Positions 35,048 to 45,347 of a DNA stretch of 64,000 nucleotides are shown piece after piece. Location: positions 5,902 to 69,901 of the IMG/VR virus record IMGVR_UViG_3300043174_000028; one strand, given 5' to 3'. A program made the translations under genes and the position numbers. Source of the DNA: a virus (Duplodnaviria > Caudoviricetes). The notes below the pieces were generated by a model that worked only from the letters and a program-made list of their open reading frames with translations, ran no database searches and was not told where the DNA came from. The stretch's first letter is position 1. Each line of letters opens with the position of its first letter.

Positions 35048-37279
35048 TCATACTCCTCTAAGATCAGCCAGCATGGCTGTTGCTGGATTGATAGTTTCTT
35101 TGGTTTTTGGAAGCTGCAAACATGCTTCCACGAACTTCTCGACAATCACGGTGCAATTCACTCCTGGATCGTGATCCAGAGTCCTGCGGTAGAACTCCTC
35201 CGGCCCATCGTTGTAGCTCAACATAGTTCTGGTTCGCACTATGTCCAGTGGCTCGATGTAGCTGGGCGCACCCGCTAGCGTGTAGTAAGCATCTTCCAGT
35301 ATTTCTTCCTTTTCTGCGCTGCTCTTGGTGAAGTCGGCGAGTTCTTCTTGGAGCTTCGCAGTGACGCTCTGAGAGTAGAGGTTGAAACCAGCCTGTACTA
35401 CGGAAGTCACCGTACTGAGCAACTGCATGGCGCTACCAAAGCCAGTGGCAGTCAGGTTGCTCCACATGCCGCTCATCCACTGGCTGAATCCTCCAGCGAG
35501 GTAGATGCTCACAACCAGGCTGAAGATCCAACCAACATCTCCCAGGAAGGAAGATGCCATGGAGATCATGAAGCCAATGACCATTTTGACGAAGGTACTG
35601 AGCAGAGTGTAGGCAAACGTACCTGCAGCAATGCCTAGTCCGCCAGCCAGCATATTGATGAGCTGGTACTGCTGTGCCAACACAACCAAGACTACAACGA
35701 TAACTACTAGCAGGAATTTGAAGAAGGTCTTCTGGTACCACTTCACCTTAATCTTCTGAACAAGGAACAGTGTTCCTCTGAACGATTTCTGAACTACCCA
35801 CTCTCTGTCTGAAGCGTTCAGTTCATACAGCAAGCCAACATGCAATGGAATGCTGGGAACTACGTCGCTTTCTTTTGGATAAACAGTGTAAATACCTTTC
35901 TTGGTATTCACAGAGTACGAAGTGCTGAAGCCATACACAGCTAGAACTTCAGCTATGTACGGAGTTACCCAGCGATAAGTGTATGAAGGAAACAGGATGA
36001 CATTTGTTGCCACGTCAGAACCGTAGGCATATTCCTCCTTGTCTATGGTTCCGAAGTTCAGTTTGTTTGGGTCCAGCACATAAGGCTGAGAGACCTCGAC
36101 AAAACCATGCAGGATGTCCTCACAGCTAATGGTCTCAGAGAAACCGTTGCTACCACCAATTTCAATCTTGATTCCGTAATTGGATCCAATGCTCCACACA
36201 TTGATGCCTGGATGGTAGATATTGCCGAAGGTTCCTCTACGCAGAGCATCAAAGAACAGAAACGTGTACTCGGTCTTGTCTTTGTTGTTGTTGACCAAAA
36301 CAGGCGTATTGCCCCCAAATACCTGACTAAACCCTGGTTCAAGGGCGAAGTGCAGAAAGATGTCCGTCTTTTCTGCTTTCTCCGTATCCAGTTCTACAAA
36401 CTTCTCGTAGAACTCTTCTATGTCAATATTGATCTTGTCTCCCAGCTTTTCCGTAGCCTTGCTGACTTCAGTGGAAATGTCTGTGTACGGAACCTTGTCC
36501 CGCATCAGAATGATTACCGGAACAAAACTGTCTTCCAGTTCATCTCCTGGGTATTCAACAAGAGTTGGATAGGTTCCATCCTTGGCTCTGTAGACCCAAA
36601 GCCAAAGAGTAGAACCTGTGGGAACTCGGGTAAGCCAGACGTAATAATACTGGTCCAGGTTATTCGGTTTAGGCAGGGTAGCTACCTTGATCTTGAATGC
36701 CGGACCCTGGTAGTTACCGTCCGCATCCAGATCATCCGCTACGCTGTGCAACCAGATTTCATAATTTAATCCAGCTCTGTCAGTGATTACGACAGGAGCA
36801 CCTGACATCTCTACCTGGCTACCGTGGAAACCAGAAGGATCTGCTACATGGTAGGTCTTGGTTCCTATCCGCCAAGGTACGTTGTTGGCGTCTACCCAGT
36901 TCTGCTGCAGCCAATACTGGGCATTCACCAGCAACATAGGCCGAGCCAGCATGGCCTTGAGGATGGTTATGTCTTCTGGTTCAGGAAAGACCTGATCGTT
37001 CAGGACTGTCCGAAGCTCGGCTTCAGAGAAGTCGTAGAAGAAGTTGGCTGTCTTGGGTGGAGGGAATGGGTACTTCTTGATTCCGTAGCGGATGAACCTA
37101 CGGATTCGATGGCTCCAACCCAAGAGATTAGAACCAACAATAGCTCCCGCTATGCTGTCTCCAGAGCGGCAAGCATTGAGCACCATGCGCTTCCGTGTGT
37201 TCTCGAAGTTCTTTTCTTCGAGCAAAGCATCCGAAGCAACATAGGCTTTATATTCAGTCGAGTTGCTGAATATTCCCAT
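35048..37279 (-). CDS. Structural protein with hydrophobic C-terminal segments (N4 gp53-like)
   Basis: MGIFS start; VKWYQKTFFKFLLVVIVVV transmembrane region; synteny. Confidence 0.75.
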   Translation of the reverse strand: MGIFSNSTEYKAYVASDALLEEKNFENTRKRMVLNACRSGDSIAGAIVGSNLLGWSHRIRRFIRYGIKKYPFPPPKTANFFYDFSEAELRTVLNDQVFPEPEDITILKAMLARPMLLVNAQYWLQQNWVDANNVPWRIGTKTYHVADPSGFHGSQVEMSGAPVVITDRAGLNYEIWLHSVADDLDADGNYQGPAFKIKVATLPKPNNLDQYYYVWLTRVPTGSTLWLWVYRAKDGTYPTLVEYPGDELEDSFVPVIILMRDKVPYTDISTEVSKATEKLGDKINIDIEEFYEKFVELDTEKAEKTDIFLHFALEPGFSQVFGGNTPVLVNNNKDKTEYTFLFFDALRRGTFGNIYHPGINVWSIGSNYGIKIEIGGSNGFSETISCEDILHGFVEVSQPYVLDPNKLNFGTIDKEEYAYGSDVATNVILFPSYTYRWVTPYIAEVLAVYGFSTSYSVNTKKGIYTVYPKESDVVPSIPLHVGLLYELNASDREWVVQKSFRGTLFLVQKIKVKWYQKTFFKFLLVVIVVVLVVLAQQYQLINMLAGGLGIAAGTFAYTLLSTFVKMVIGFMISMASSFLGDVGWIFSLVVSIYLAGGFSQWMSGMWSNLTATGFGSAMQLLSTVTSVVQAGFNLYSQSVTAKLQEELADFTKSSAEKEEILEDAYYTLAGAPSYIEPLDIVRTRTMLSYNDGPEEFYRRTLDHDPGVNCTVIVEKFVEACLQLPKTKETINPATAMLADLRGV

Positions 37280-37283
37280 TGGA

Positions 37284-38090
37284 TCATGCGTTAAACACGC
37301 CCCAAAGCATTCTGTGAACGATGGACGCAATCTCGTCTGCTTGCAGTCCATCCGGTACCGGGTAGTCCTCGTCTACCGACTTGGACACTGACCAGGTATC
37401 CACAATGATCTTGGCAGCCTGCTGCTCTGCGTTACGGATAAAGCCTCTGCGCTGCTGTTCGAGTAGCTCCACCTGCTTACGGTTGATGTCCGGCTGAACC
37501 AGCTCAGACATGTACTTGGCACGAACCAGGTTGGCTTCTGCTGCCGTCTTCTCGATGGTGTAGGGCAGAGTCTCAAGAATCTGCCGGGTCTGTGCATTGG
37601 TCAGCGGAATCCTGGCAGCAATCTCGTTGGCTTCATTCAGGACTCTCTGACCTTCCAGCCGGAGCCTTTCAGCTTCAAATTCCAGCTTCTTGACTTCTAG
37701 CGGGAAGATGTAATCAATCTGGTACCTGAGCTTCTCCCGCTCCAGCTCCAACAACAGAGATTCGTTCTCCAGTTTCTTTAACTCCATGGGGAGAACGTAA
37801 TCTATCTGGAACCGAAGCTTCTCTTTCTCCAGTTCCAGAACAGCAATCTCAGCAGCTATCTTGGCTTTCTGTGCAGAAGCCAGAGCCATCCCCACCAGAT
37901 ATTGCGTGGAGTTGCTCATGGCAAACTCCATGCTGGCAAGGAACACCTTGCTGTAATCGGTTCCCCGGATACGTTGCTCCTTAAACTCGTAGTCAAGGTG
38001 CGAGCGCAGATCCGCCATGATGGCGTTAATCAGCAATGGGAGGTCTGTGGACCCTTGCACTGCTTCCGAGGAACCAATAACAGCATTCAT
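37284..38090 (-). CDS. Structural protein (N4 gp54-like)
   Basis: HLDYEFKEQRIRGTDYSKVFL, QQRRGFIRNAEQQAAKI. Confidence 0.75.
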   Translation of the reverse strand: MNAVIGSSEAVQGSTDLPLLINAIMADLRSHLDYEFKEQRIRGTDYSKVFLASMEFAMSNSTQYLVGMALASAQKAKIAAEIAVLELEKEKLRFQIDYVLPMELKKLENESLLLELEREKLRYQIDYIFPLEVKKLEFEAERLRLEGQRVLNEANEIAARIPLTNAQTRQILETLPYTIEKTAAEANLVRAKYMSELVQPDINRKQVELLEQQRRGFIRNAEQQAAKIIVDTWSVSKSVDEDYPVPDGLQADEIASIVHRMLWGVFNA

Positions 38091-38093
38091 TTT

Positions 38094-38834
38094 TTATTCC
38101 TCCACACCACCAGCCATGGCTTGACGACGGGCAAGTTCTTTCAGTTCTTGGATCGTCATGGGTTCCATGCGTTCAATGGCGTACTCGTTCACCAGCTTGC
38201 TGCGGTTGATCTTCTGACCATTAGGGCCATTCACTACATAGCCCACTCGACACTTGCGGTTGAGCAGTTCCTTGTAAATGACATAAGGAACGTGATAGGG
38301 CTCGTCCGAGTTGTACGGGATGTACTTCTTGAACGTGCCCATCCTGGCTGAACCAACAGAAATAATCTCACCAGGCCACTGCTTCTTGTTTGGATTCAGG
38401 CATTGCAGCCGAATCCGAACCAGTCGCCCCATGTTCTGTTTGTTCTCTGCCGTGGTCTTTTCCAGGTACTCCTGTTCCGTCATGCACAGGTTCTTGGGAA
38501 CGACGACAGGAGGGCTCTCGGGCTTTACTTCTTGCCCTTCTTCATCGGGGGCATCGGCTTCGATCCCGCCTTCTTCCCCGACATCTTCTTCGGAGGCATC
38601 TCCATCATAGGATCCATACTCCCCTTCGATGGTGCCTTCTTCATCTTGCTCATCGAGTTCATTTTCATGTTGGCTCACCAGCTCCGCTAGTCGATTGATG
38701 CCTATCCGATGGTGGTACTTAATGCCCAACGCATCGGCTTTGATCTTCAGGGTTTGCAGCAAAGGGTTGTCTGCACGGTCTTTCGGTCCCCATTCCCGAG
38801 GCTCTTGCTTGTCATCCTTCTTCTCATGGGCCAT
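38094..38834 (-). CDS. Conserved N4 gp55-like protein
   Basis: LKIKADALGIKYHHRIG, RLVRIRLQCLNPNKK.WPGEI, ELARRQAM. Confidence 0.8.
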   Translation of the reverse strand: MAHEKKDDKQEPREWGPKDRADNPLLQTLKIKADALGIKYHHRIGINRLAELVSQHENELDEQDEEGTIEGEYGSYDGDASEEDVGEEGGIEADAPDEEGQEVKPESPPVVVPKNLCMTEQEYLEKTTAENKQNMGRLVRIRLQCLNPNKKQWPGEIISVGSARMGTFKKYIPYNSDEPYHVPYVIYKELLNRKCRVGYVVNGPNGQKINRSKLVNEYAIERMEPMTIQELKELARRQAMAGGVEE

Positions 38835-38856
38835 GTAAACCTCCTTCTCGGTTACA

Positions 38857-38888
38857 TCCCTGCCCTAGACCAATTTCCAGGGCAGGGA
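38857..38888 (-). promoter_or_regulatory. Strong hairpin after the capsid stop codon, without U tract (3' stabilising or processing site)
   Basis: tccctgccctaga / tccagggcaggga inverted repeat. Confidence 0.5.
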
Positions 38889-38899
38889 ATCCAGGCTCA

Positions 38900-39776
38900 T
38901 TACAGCTCGGCAACGGTCTTGATGAGGGCAATACGCTCAGGGCGGAGAGCCATGAAGCCGTAGTACCACTTGATCGACCAGAAGCCAGTCTCGCCATACG
39001 GATCGTTACGATCCGCCACTTCCTTGCCCGGCTCCTTATGGGTGATCTTGAACTTCACGGACTTGCCATCGGTCTGGAAACCAATGGTCGTGAAGGACGC
39101 ATCACCCACAACCAGCATCGGGAACACGTCGTACTTCAGGGCACCGCTCTTGTCAGAGCTGTACCTGTACAGGTCCGTGTCCGGAGTGGTCACAGCCGCA
39201 CCCGCAGCCGACCAGTGCATCATCTCGGGAACCACGATGATGCGGAAGTCGTGAACGGCACCGACTTCACCACGGGCAATGGTGGCAGCCGCACCGTACT
39301 GAGCCACGGGAATGAACGCCTGATGACCGTGGTAGTCCGTCATCTTCATCAGGGACGGAACCAGCTCAGAACCCACGTACATGTACCGGGCCGCATTGAC
39401 CACCTTGGTATCGATCATGCGAGAACCAGTAATGACCTTGGTGTTCTTGGGCGTGCGGTTGTTGTCCAGCTCAATCGCCAGCTTAACCAGGTCGTCATAC
39501 GAGATGCTGTCGCCAGCAGTCGTGTTAGCGCCACCTTTCAGCGTGTCGGTGGAGGTGGCAGTACCCGTGTACCGAACCACACCAGCCGAGTTCAGAAGGT
39601 CAATCTGGAGCTGATCCTCAGTGATCTTGTTGGCTGCCGTGACAGCCTCCGTGGTCATGTGCATCAGCAGCTCTTCGTCACTGTCGAAGTCCAGCGACTC
39701 CTGGGTGTACTCCTCGAAGAAGCCAAACTTCTCAAGCGTACCCTCAAGCTCGATACGCTTCATGCCAACGCGGTTT
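38900..39776 (-). CDS. Major capsid protein (N4 gp56-like), exon 3
   Basis: NRVGMKRIELEG...FGFFEEYTQESLDFDSD...DPYGETGFWSIKWYYGF. Confidence 0.92.
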
Positions 39777-40641
39777 CCTATACGTTCAAGAAGGCTCGCT
39801 AGTTCCTTCCCCGTTTTCCAGTAGTTAAACAGGAAAACTGCTGTATGTCGCCATACAGAGCAGACTACATCACGAACTGTCGTGGCAAACAGTTCCTTAC
39901 CATTTCCACTTCCAATAGCTTGAAGTGTACTCCCATATGGGATAGTCGTTAGAGTCGGGTTAGATAACATTAAGAGCATACCCATTAAATTCAGAATAAG
40001 TCTGAACTATCCGATTAGCTGCTTGTGCAGCCATACGCTCTGCCTCAGATTCTCCATATTTCTTGATGCTGAATTGTTTGGATTTGGCGAATAATTTTCC
40101 TTGAACAGTAGCCTTGACTACAGCTCTGAAGTAAATCTCGCCCTTTACTGCATTGGAGATACGATCCACATAGTGATACCGTGAACTCCTACCAAACTTC
40201 AGACCAATATTTTTGTAGTGTGCTTTACGACGCCCATGCTTAAAGGCATGTAGAGCATTTTCACTTGGAGTACACCATTCGAGATTATCCACGTTATTGT
40301 TTAGTGGATTACCGTCAATATGGTTTATCTGAGGTTTATTGTGTGGGTTGGAAATAAAGTGTTCTGCGACAAGACGGTGTACGGAATAAGTATCCTTTCC
40401 ATACTCATTGCGCAAACCAACCTTGTAGTAACCATTGCCACCCAACCATAAAGACATTGGTTTGTTGGTACGCACAGACAGCACAGTACCTTCAGTGCTG
40501 ATCTGATACTTACCTTCAAATCCTTCAATGTCTTTCCACACAATCATCTGTTACTACCCTTACTACGGGATTGTCTCAGAGAGATTTTCCCCGTTTAGAT
40601 AAGTTTTCTATTACCGTCACCAGTAATAGGCGCATTAGTTT
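39777..40641 (-). mobile_element. Group I intron 2 in the capsid gene, encoding an HNH homing endonuclease
   Basis: 5' exon ends in U (CGCGT), intron ends in G; core elements AACGACTATCCC and GATGTAGTCTG; splicing restores GGRVNRVG. Confidence 0.9.
39960..40547 (-). CDS. Intron-encoded NUMOD4/HNH homing endonuclease with AP2-like C-terminus
   Basis: WKDIEGFEGKYQIS, VHRLVAEHF, INHIDGNPLNNNVDNLEWCT..EN. Confidence 0.92.
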   Translation of the reverse strand: MIVWKDIEGFEGKYQISTEGTVLSVRTNKPMSLWLGGNGYYKVGLRNEYGKDTYSVHRLVAEHFISNPHNKPQINHIDGNPLNNNVDNLEWCTPSENALHAFKHGRRKAHYKNIGLKFGRSSRYHYVDRISNAVKGEIYFRAVVKATVQGKLFAKSKQFSIKKYGESEAERMAAQAANRIVQTYSEFNGYALNVI

Positions 40642-41093
40642 ACGCGGCCACCCGTCTCAGAGAGCATGGGGATCTTGGCCATGATGGTTCCAACATCCTT
40701 CGAGGAACCATACAGGTTGCCGTAATCCGGAACCGTGCCGTCATCGACAATCGCCACAGTCCAACCAGCAGTCGTCATCGCCGCAGTAATGGTGGCGTAG
40801 GTTGGATTGGCCGTAGCAAACCCGTGCATGTGGCCGAACATCATCACCTTGCCTTCAGCAATGTGCTTGGCTTCAGCAGTCGAGTTTGCGTAGGTAGCGT
40901 GGGTGCCCAGACCCTCGAAGTAGTACAGCATCCCACCTTCACTGGCCGGAGCCTTCAGGGAGATGACGTACTTGGCCTTCGCACCATTGATCGCAGTGCT
41001 GGCGCCATTGGCATCAATACCCTGATCGTTGATGTTCCGATCATCGAGAATCGGCATGTAGTGGTAACGCTTGATCGTCTTGCCCATGTTCTT
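40642..41093 (-). CDS. Major capsid protein, exon 2 (contains a 93-aa insertion)
   Basis: KNMGKTIKRYHYMPILDDRNINDQGIDA...GNLYGSSKDVG...ETGGRV. Confidence 0.9.
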
Positions 41094-41401
41094 CCTGTGT
41101 GTTCGCCAATGGACGCTACGCCATTGACCGCTCCGGGACTTCGGAGCTGCTGCAAGTTTCCTTGCAGAGCAGATCATATCTTCATCCCGATAAACCCATC
41201 GGGACGCTGGGCGCTTCCCCTCGCTTGAGGGTACTTCCTTGCGGAATGATCGTTGCGCCTTATTTGCCATAACTTTGCACACACTAGATTGTGTCGATGG
41301 CAAATCTCGGCTCAGGGTTGTCTTCAACATAACTTGGTCAGAGTTTCCCTGAGTTCACCCAGTTATCTCATGCAAATTACTTTGCCGAGGCCCTTCAGTT
41401 A
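41094..41401 (-). mobile_element. Group I intron 1 in the capsid gene (308 nt, no ORF)
   Basis: Exon ends CCT; P1 GCCU/GGGC with U.G; P7 variant AACGATCA / ATGATC; terminal G; splicing restores SMPKNMGK. Confidence 0.88.
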
Positions 41402-41560
41402 AGGCATGGACGTGACATCAGCCAGCTGGCTGAAATACTGCTCCTTGGCCGCCTCAACCAGAGCCTTCTTGTAGAAGAAGTCCAGTCGAATCTGCGGACC
41501 CACGGTGCTAGGAGTGGGAGAATTGGGTTTGTTGTACATGTGGGGGGTTTCGAGTGCCAT
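41402..41560 (-). CDS. Major capsid protein, exon 1 (spliced product 495 aa)
   Basis: AAGGTG RBS; MALETPHMYN...QIRLDFFYKKALVEAAKEQYFSQLADVTSMP; exons 159+452+877 nt = 496 codons. Confidence 0.88.
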
Positions 41561-41588
41561 TTCAGTTCACCTTTAGGAAGAAAACCAA

Positions 41589-42692
41589 TCAATAACTCTC
41601 AACACCCAGCTTCTCGAACTCAGCGTCGGACATAGCCAACGGATTAAAATCACTCGGGAAGCTACGTGTCGATCCGGTCTTGGGAGAACCCGCTGCCTTC
41701 TTGCGGTCCTTTATCTTGGATTCCTGCTGCCTTCTGCCCGTGTCCTCGTTCGTATCCGCTTTCTGGAACTTACGAAACGCACCTTTGGCATTCAGTGCGT
41801 CACCCACGGTCTTGTACGCAGCAAGATCAGATAGCCCCTCCAGGCGACCAAAGACACGTTCCTGAGCCACGATGTTCATAATCTCATCGTAGATGCCCAG
41901 GCTGATGTGCTCGTTGATAACCCGGATGATCTGGGGCTGATCCAAAAGAACGCGCTTACTCTCAGCATCCCACTTCTCAGTGAGTTCTGACATGGTTCTG
42001 GAGAAGCTGTCTGTCGAGCGGATCTCGTCCAGGACTTCATCCAGCTCCATCTCCTTGTCGCTGGCCAAGTGATAGCTGGGTTGGTAAGACGCGCTAGTGT
42101 CCAAGTCCAAGTCCAGTGGATTGATTTCACTGTCCTTCAGGAACTTGGCGATGGCTTCAGGCTTGCCCTTATGCAAATCGATCAGGAAGTTCACCTTGTC
42201 CTCAGTGAGCAACCCATTGCTGCTGAGTGCTTTGAGGATTTTAAGGTTGGGCTTTAGCTCCACCATCTTCTTGTGGTAGTTGGCTCCCATAGACATGAGC
42301 CTACGGGCGTCTTCTACCGAGTTCACCTTCATGTCCTGCTTGTTGGCTCTGAAAGGAGCCAGAAGCTTTTCGTACTCAGACTTGTAGTCGATTGGCCCAG
42401 AAGCAGGCTCCTGGGTGTCTTTCTCAGCCTGAATACGAGCTTCGGCGTACAGATCTTCTGCACGCTTCTCGCTCACGGGCTGTTTGGTGTCCTGTTCCGC
42501 GTCAGACTTCTGAACAGGAACCTGTCCTGTTTCCCCGTCTGAACCAGGCACCTCTTCAGTTGCCGTGTCTTGCGAATCCGCCTGGCCATCTTCATCCTCG
42601 AAGTCCTGCTCCGAGTTCTGAATGTCCTCGCGGATTTGCTCCAGGCTCATGCCGGAAACTTCTTCGTCGGACATATCGAGAGGATTAGCCAT
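41589..42692 (-). CDS. N4 gp57-like protein (annotated as tape-measure or scaffolding-like)
   Basis: Acidic N-terminus, PFRANKQDMKV, LMSMGANYHKKM, NPLAMSDAEFEK; position before capsid gene. Confidence 0.8.
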   Translation of the reverse strand: MANPLDMSDEEVSGMSLEQIREDIQNSEQDFEDEDGQADSQDTATEEVPGSDGETGQVPVQKSDAEQDTKQPVSEKRAEDLYAEARIQAEKDTQEPASGPIDYKSEYEKLLAPFRANKQDMKVNSVEDARRLMSMGANYHKKMVELKPNLKILKALSSNGLLTEDKVNFLIDLHKGKPEAIAKFLKDSEINPLDLDLDTSASYQPSYHLASDKEMELDEVLDEIRSTDSFSRTMSELTEKWDAESKRVLLDQPQIIRVINEHISLGIYDEIMNIVAQERVFGRLEGLSDLAAYKTVGDALNAKGAFRKFQKADTNEDTGRRQQESKIKDRKKAAGSPKTGSTRSFPSDFNPLAMSDAEFEKLGVESY

Positions 42693-43048
42693 CAGACTTC
42701 CTCCTCTTCAAAGTTGCCCGAGAGAATGTCCTGACGAACCCTGGAATTCTCCATAATCGCTCTTTCAGACATCTTGCCGAGAATCTCTACCCGATTCAGG
42801 TATTGGTAGAACTCGCCGATGCCGGTAATGATCTTGTCCAGATTCTTGGAATTGTTCTCGTCCTGCATGTTTGGATCTGCCTTGAGCAGAACTACACGAT
42901 GAGACTCGCGCTCTAGGTATCCTTCCAGAACCAAAGCCTTGAAGTCATTGTTCTTGTACAACCGCTCCAGCGAGTGCATCAAATCCACTGACCGCTTGGC
43001 AGCTTCCAACTGGATTTCAAGTTCGTGCAATAGGTTTTCCGCGCTCAT
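42692..43048 (-). CDS. N4 gp58-like protein
   Basis: LERLYKNNDFKALVLEGYL; synteny. Confidence 0.75.
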   Translation of the reverse strand: MSAENLLHELEIQLEAAKRSVDLMHSLERLYKNNDFKALVLEGYLERESHRVVLLKADPNMQDENNSKNLDKIITGIGEFYQYLNRVEILGKMSERAIMENSRVRQDILSGNFEEEEV

Positions 43049-43075
43049 CTATTACTCCTCGTGTGTCCCTCAGCA

Positions 43076-45343
43076 TTACCTGTAGGATGGTTTCCTTGGT
43101 TTCATGCTCTCAAGAGCCAGTCTCATACGCTGTTCAGCTTCCTTCATGCGCATGTTGGCTTCTGCCTGCGCACCCTGACGTTCCAGGTCTCTCTCCTGCT
43201 TAACACCGGACTCCTGTTCAACAAAGTCCAGATCCAACATATCAGCTTCATTGCCCAGATACCGGGCACGAACTTCCTCTGTCCCTGCCTTGGCTTCATT
43301 GAGCATAGACGAAGTACCCGCCATCGAAGCCTGAGCCTGCAAGTTCTGAATCTTAGCCTGCAACAGAGCCAACTCAAGCTGGGCTTTCTGCTGAACCATA
43401 GGATCAGGCTGAGGCTGGAACTCCTCAATTCTCTTGGCCAGGTCGGGCATGTTCCTCAACCTGGCTATTTCGGACAGAATCATCTTGGACATATCGGGCA
43501 ACATGTTATTGCCCATGGTCTGCAACATGAAAGCCAATTCCTGGGCCTTGGCGTTATCGCTCTCAGCCGTGGAAATCTCCAACTTGATGTCAAAGTTTCC
43601 GTACAGGTCATCCCGCTGGACCGTCACGAACTTGTCGTTCGTAACCCGGACCACTTCCTGATCCGACAGGAACACGCCATTCATGGCAATGATCTTTCGG
43701 CCAATGGATTTCATGCCTTCAGCCAAGCGCCTGAGTATTCCCAGTTCCCGCTTGGAGGCTGCGTCCAGCACGCCTCTTACGCCTGTAGCCGTCTGACCCA
43801 GAGCATCCCCTGACAGTCCACCGCTAAACGCCTTAACGCCTGTCAGGGCCTCTGCCTCCGCATTCTGCATCTGCAGCATTACCTGAGCAGACTGAGGAAT
43901 CTCCGGGTAGGTGTGCGTGAAGATGGCTGTTCTTGGGTCGATATGAGCATTGAAGTCATAGTCCATGCCCATCTCGAACTTTCTACGGTTGGTTACATCC
44001 AGGGCATCCTGCCGTATGCCGATCTGCCCATTGGCTGACCGGCCCATAATGTCCACCATGCCCCGAGTAACTGCGCCTACGACCTTCTGGTTGTCCTCCA
44101 GAAGCTCTCCATCAGGCTCCCCGTACAGAGAGTTCTTCACAGGCAGGTATTGCACGATCACAAAGGGCAGCTTCCCATCCGGGAAGGGGCTTTCCTCCAG
44201 TTGGATCATGGTGTCTCCAACCCAGGTAGCCACAATGGCCTTGGTCTTGCCCGTATTCTCGATGTCCCAGAAGCCCCAATACTCATAAGCCATGAATTTC
44301 TTTCTTGGCTCATCAGCAAACTTAAAGTTTCTGGCGTCATCGGACATATGAGCATCGGGTTCAGCCAGCAAGCTGCTGCTCTCGATGTTGATCTTGTCCA
44401 AATTCTGATACCGCCCGGACTTTTTCAGTTCACTGAGGGAAGTCTCGTAGCGGTAAATGATGAAATTAGCCTTGTCCTGGTTTCCTATGCAGGTAGGATC
44501 CAGGATCACGTTCTCGTAATTGCAAACCTCTACCGTTGGATGGTTCTTGACCACCACCAACTGCTTCTCCAGAGCCATGCCCACGACAACTTCGGTCAAG
44601 TCCTGTGGACCAAAGGGCTTGGACCCAATACCCATTACCCCTTCCGGAGAACCAACAGGGGGTCCAGGTAGCTCTCCTGGCATTCCTGGAGGCGACAAGG
44701 ATGTGGGGCTTCCCGGCCCAGGAGGCATTGCACCAGGGGGAGGTGTACCTACCCCTTGCCCCAGTGCGCTGAGAAGCTCTGGGAGCCCCGGAGCCCCTGT
44801 AGACACGGGGAACGGCATCACATTATTGGGTGGGATAGGAACCAGCTTGGTGACTGGAACCTCCACGTCCTGCTCAACCTCCTCGAACTCCCAGCCAATG
44901 CGGACAATGACCGTCCCTTCGTTGACGGCAGCACGCACGTACTGGTCGATGAAGCGGTTCTTGTCGATCTTGGTGGTGAACTGGTTGTTTAGGATCAGCT
45001 CATTCTGTTGAGCTGCCTTGCGGTCATCCCAGGAGACGGGCTCGGCCTTGAACAGATTAGGCGTGTTCAGGAAGGGCTCGGACAGAGCGGCATAGCGCCA
45101 CTCCGCCTGCTTCCTAATGAGCTTGGGAACGATGTTGGATCGGCCTTTGACCTTCTTGATCTTGGCTGAACCAGTGACATTCAGGTTATCCAGCCAACGG
45201 TCAATCTTCTGGCATTGCGCTGAGTGGCTGCTCTGCGCTTCCCGATAGTCTTTCTTGAGGTCTTCAACGGAAGGTTCGTTCTCCCAATCCGTAAGCTTGG
45301 GAACCTCCCGTGTCAGACTCTTCAGCGATAGCTCTTTTTCCAT
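43076..45343 (-). CDS. Portal protein (N4 gp59-like)
   Basis: LTDWENEPS, PKLIRKQAEWRYAALSEPFL, YGEPDGELLEDNQK, DAASKRELGILRRLA. Confidence 0.92.
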   Translation of the reverse strand: MEKELSLKSLTREVPKLTDWENEPSVEDLKKDYREAQSSHSAQCQKIDRWLDNLNVTGSAKIKKVKGRSNIVPKLIRKQAEWRYAALSEPFLNTPNLFKAEPVSWDDRKAAQQNELILNNQFTTKIDKNRFIDQYVRAAVNEGTVIVRIGWEFEEVEQDVEVPVTKLVPIPPNNVMPFPVSTGAPGLPELLSALGQGVGTPPPGAMPPGPGSPTSLSPPGMPGELPGPPVGSPEGVMGIGSKPFGPQDLTEVVVGMALEKQLVVVKNHPTVEVCNYENVILDPTCIGNQDKANFIIYRYETSLSELKKSGRYQNLDKINIESSSLLAEPDAHMSDDARNFKFADEPRKKFMAYEYWGFWDIENTGKTKAIVATWVGDTMIQLEESPFPDGKLPFVIVQYLPVKNSLYGEPDGELLEDNQKVVGAVTRGMVDIMGRSANGQIGIRQDALDVTNRRKFEMGMDYDFNAHIDPRTAIFTHTYPEIPQSAQVMLQMQNAEAEALTGVKAFSGGLSGDALGQTATGVRGVLDAASKRELGILRRLAEGMKSIGRKIIAMNGVFLSDQEVVRVTNDKFVTVQRDDLYGNFDIKLEISTAESDNAKAQELAFMLQTMGNNMLPDMSKMILSEIARLRNMPDLAKRIEEFQPQPDPMVQQKAQLELALLQAKIQNLQAQASMAGTSSMLNEAKAGTEEVRARYLGNEADMLDLDFVEQESGVKQERDLERQGAQAEANMRMKEAEQRMRLALESMKPRKPSYR

Positions 45344-45347
45344 GGCA

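Noticed and set aside
39777-41330. ORF-track starts for capsid fragments (38900..39985 and 40635..41330)
   Set aside because: Their N-terminal extensions are intron sequence read in frame; the spliced model explains them.
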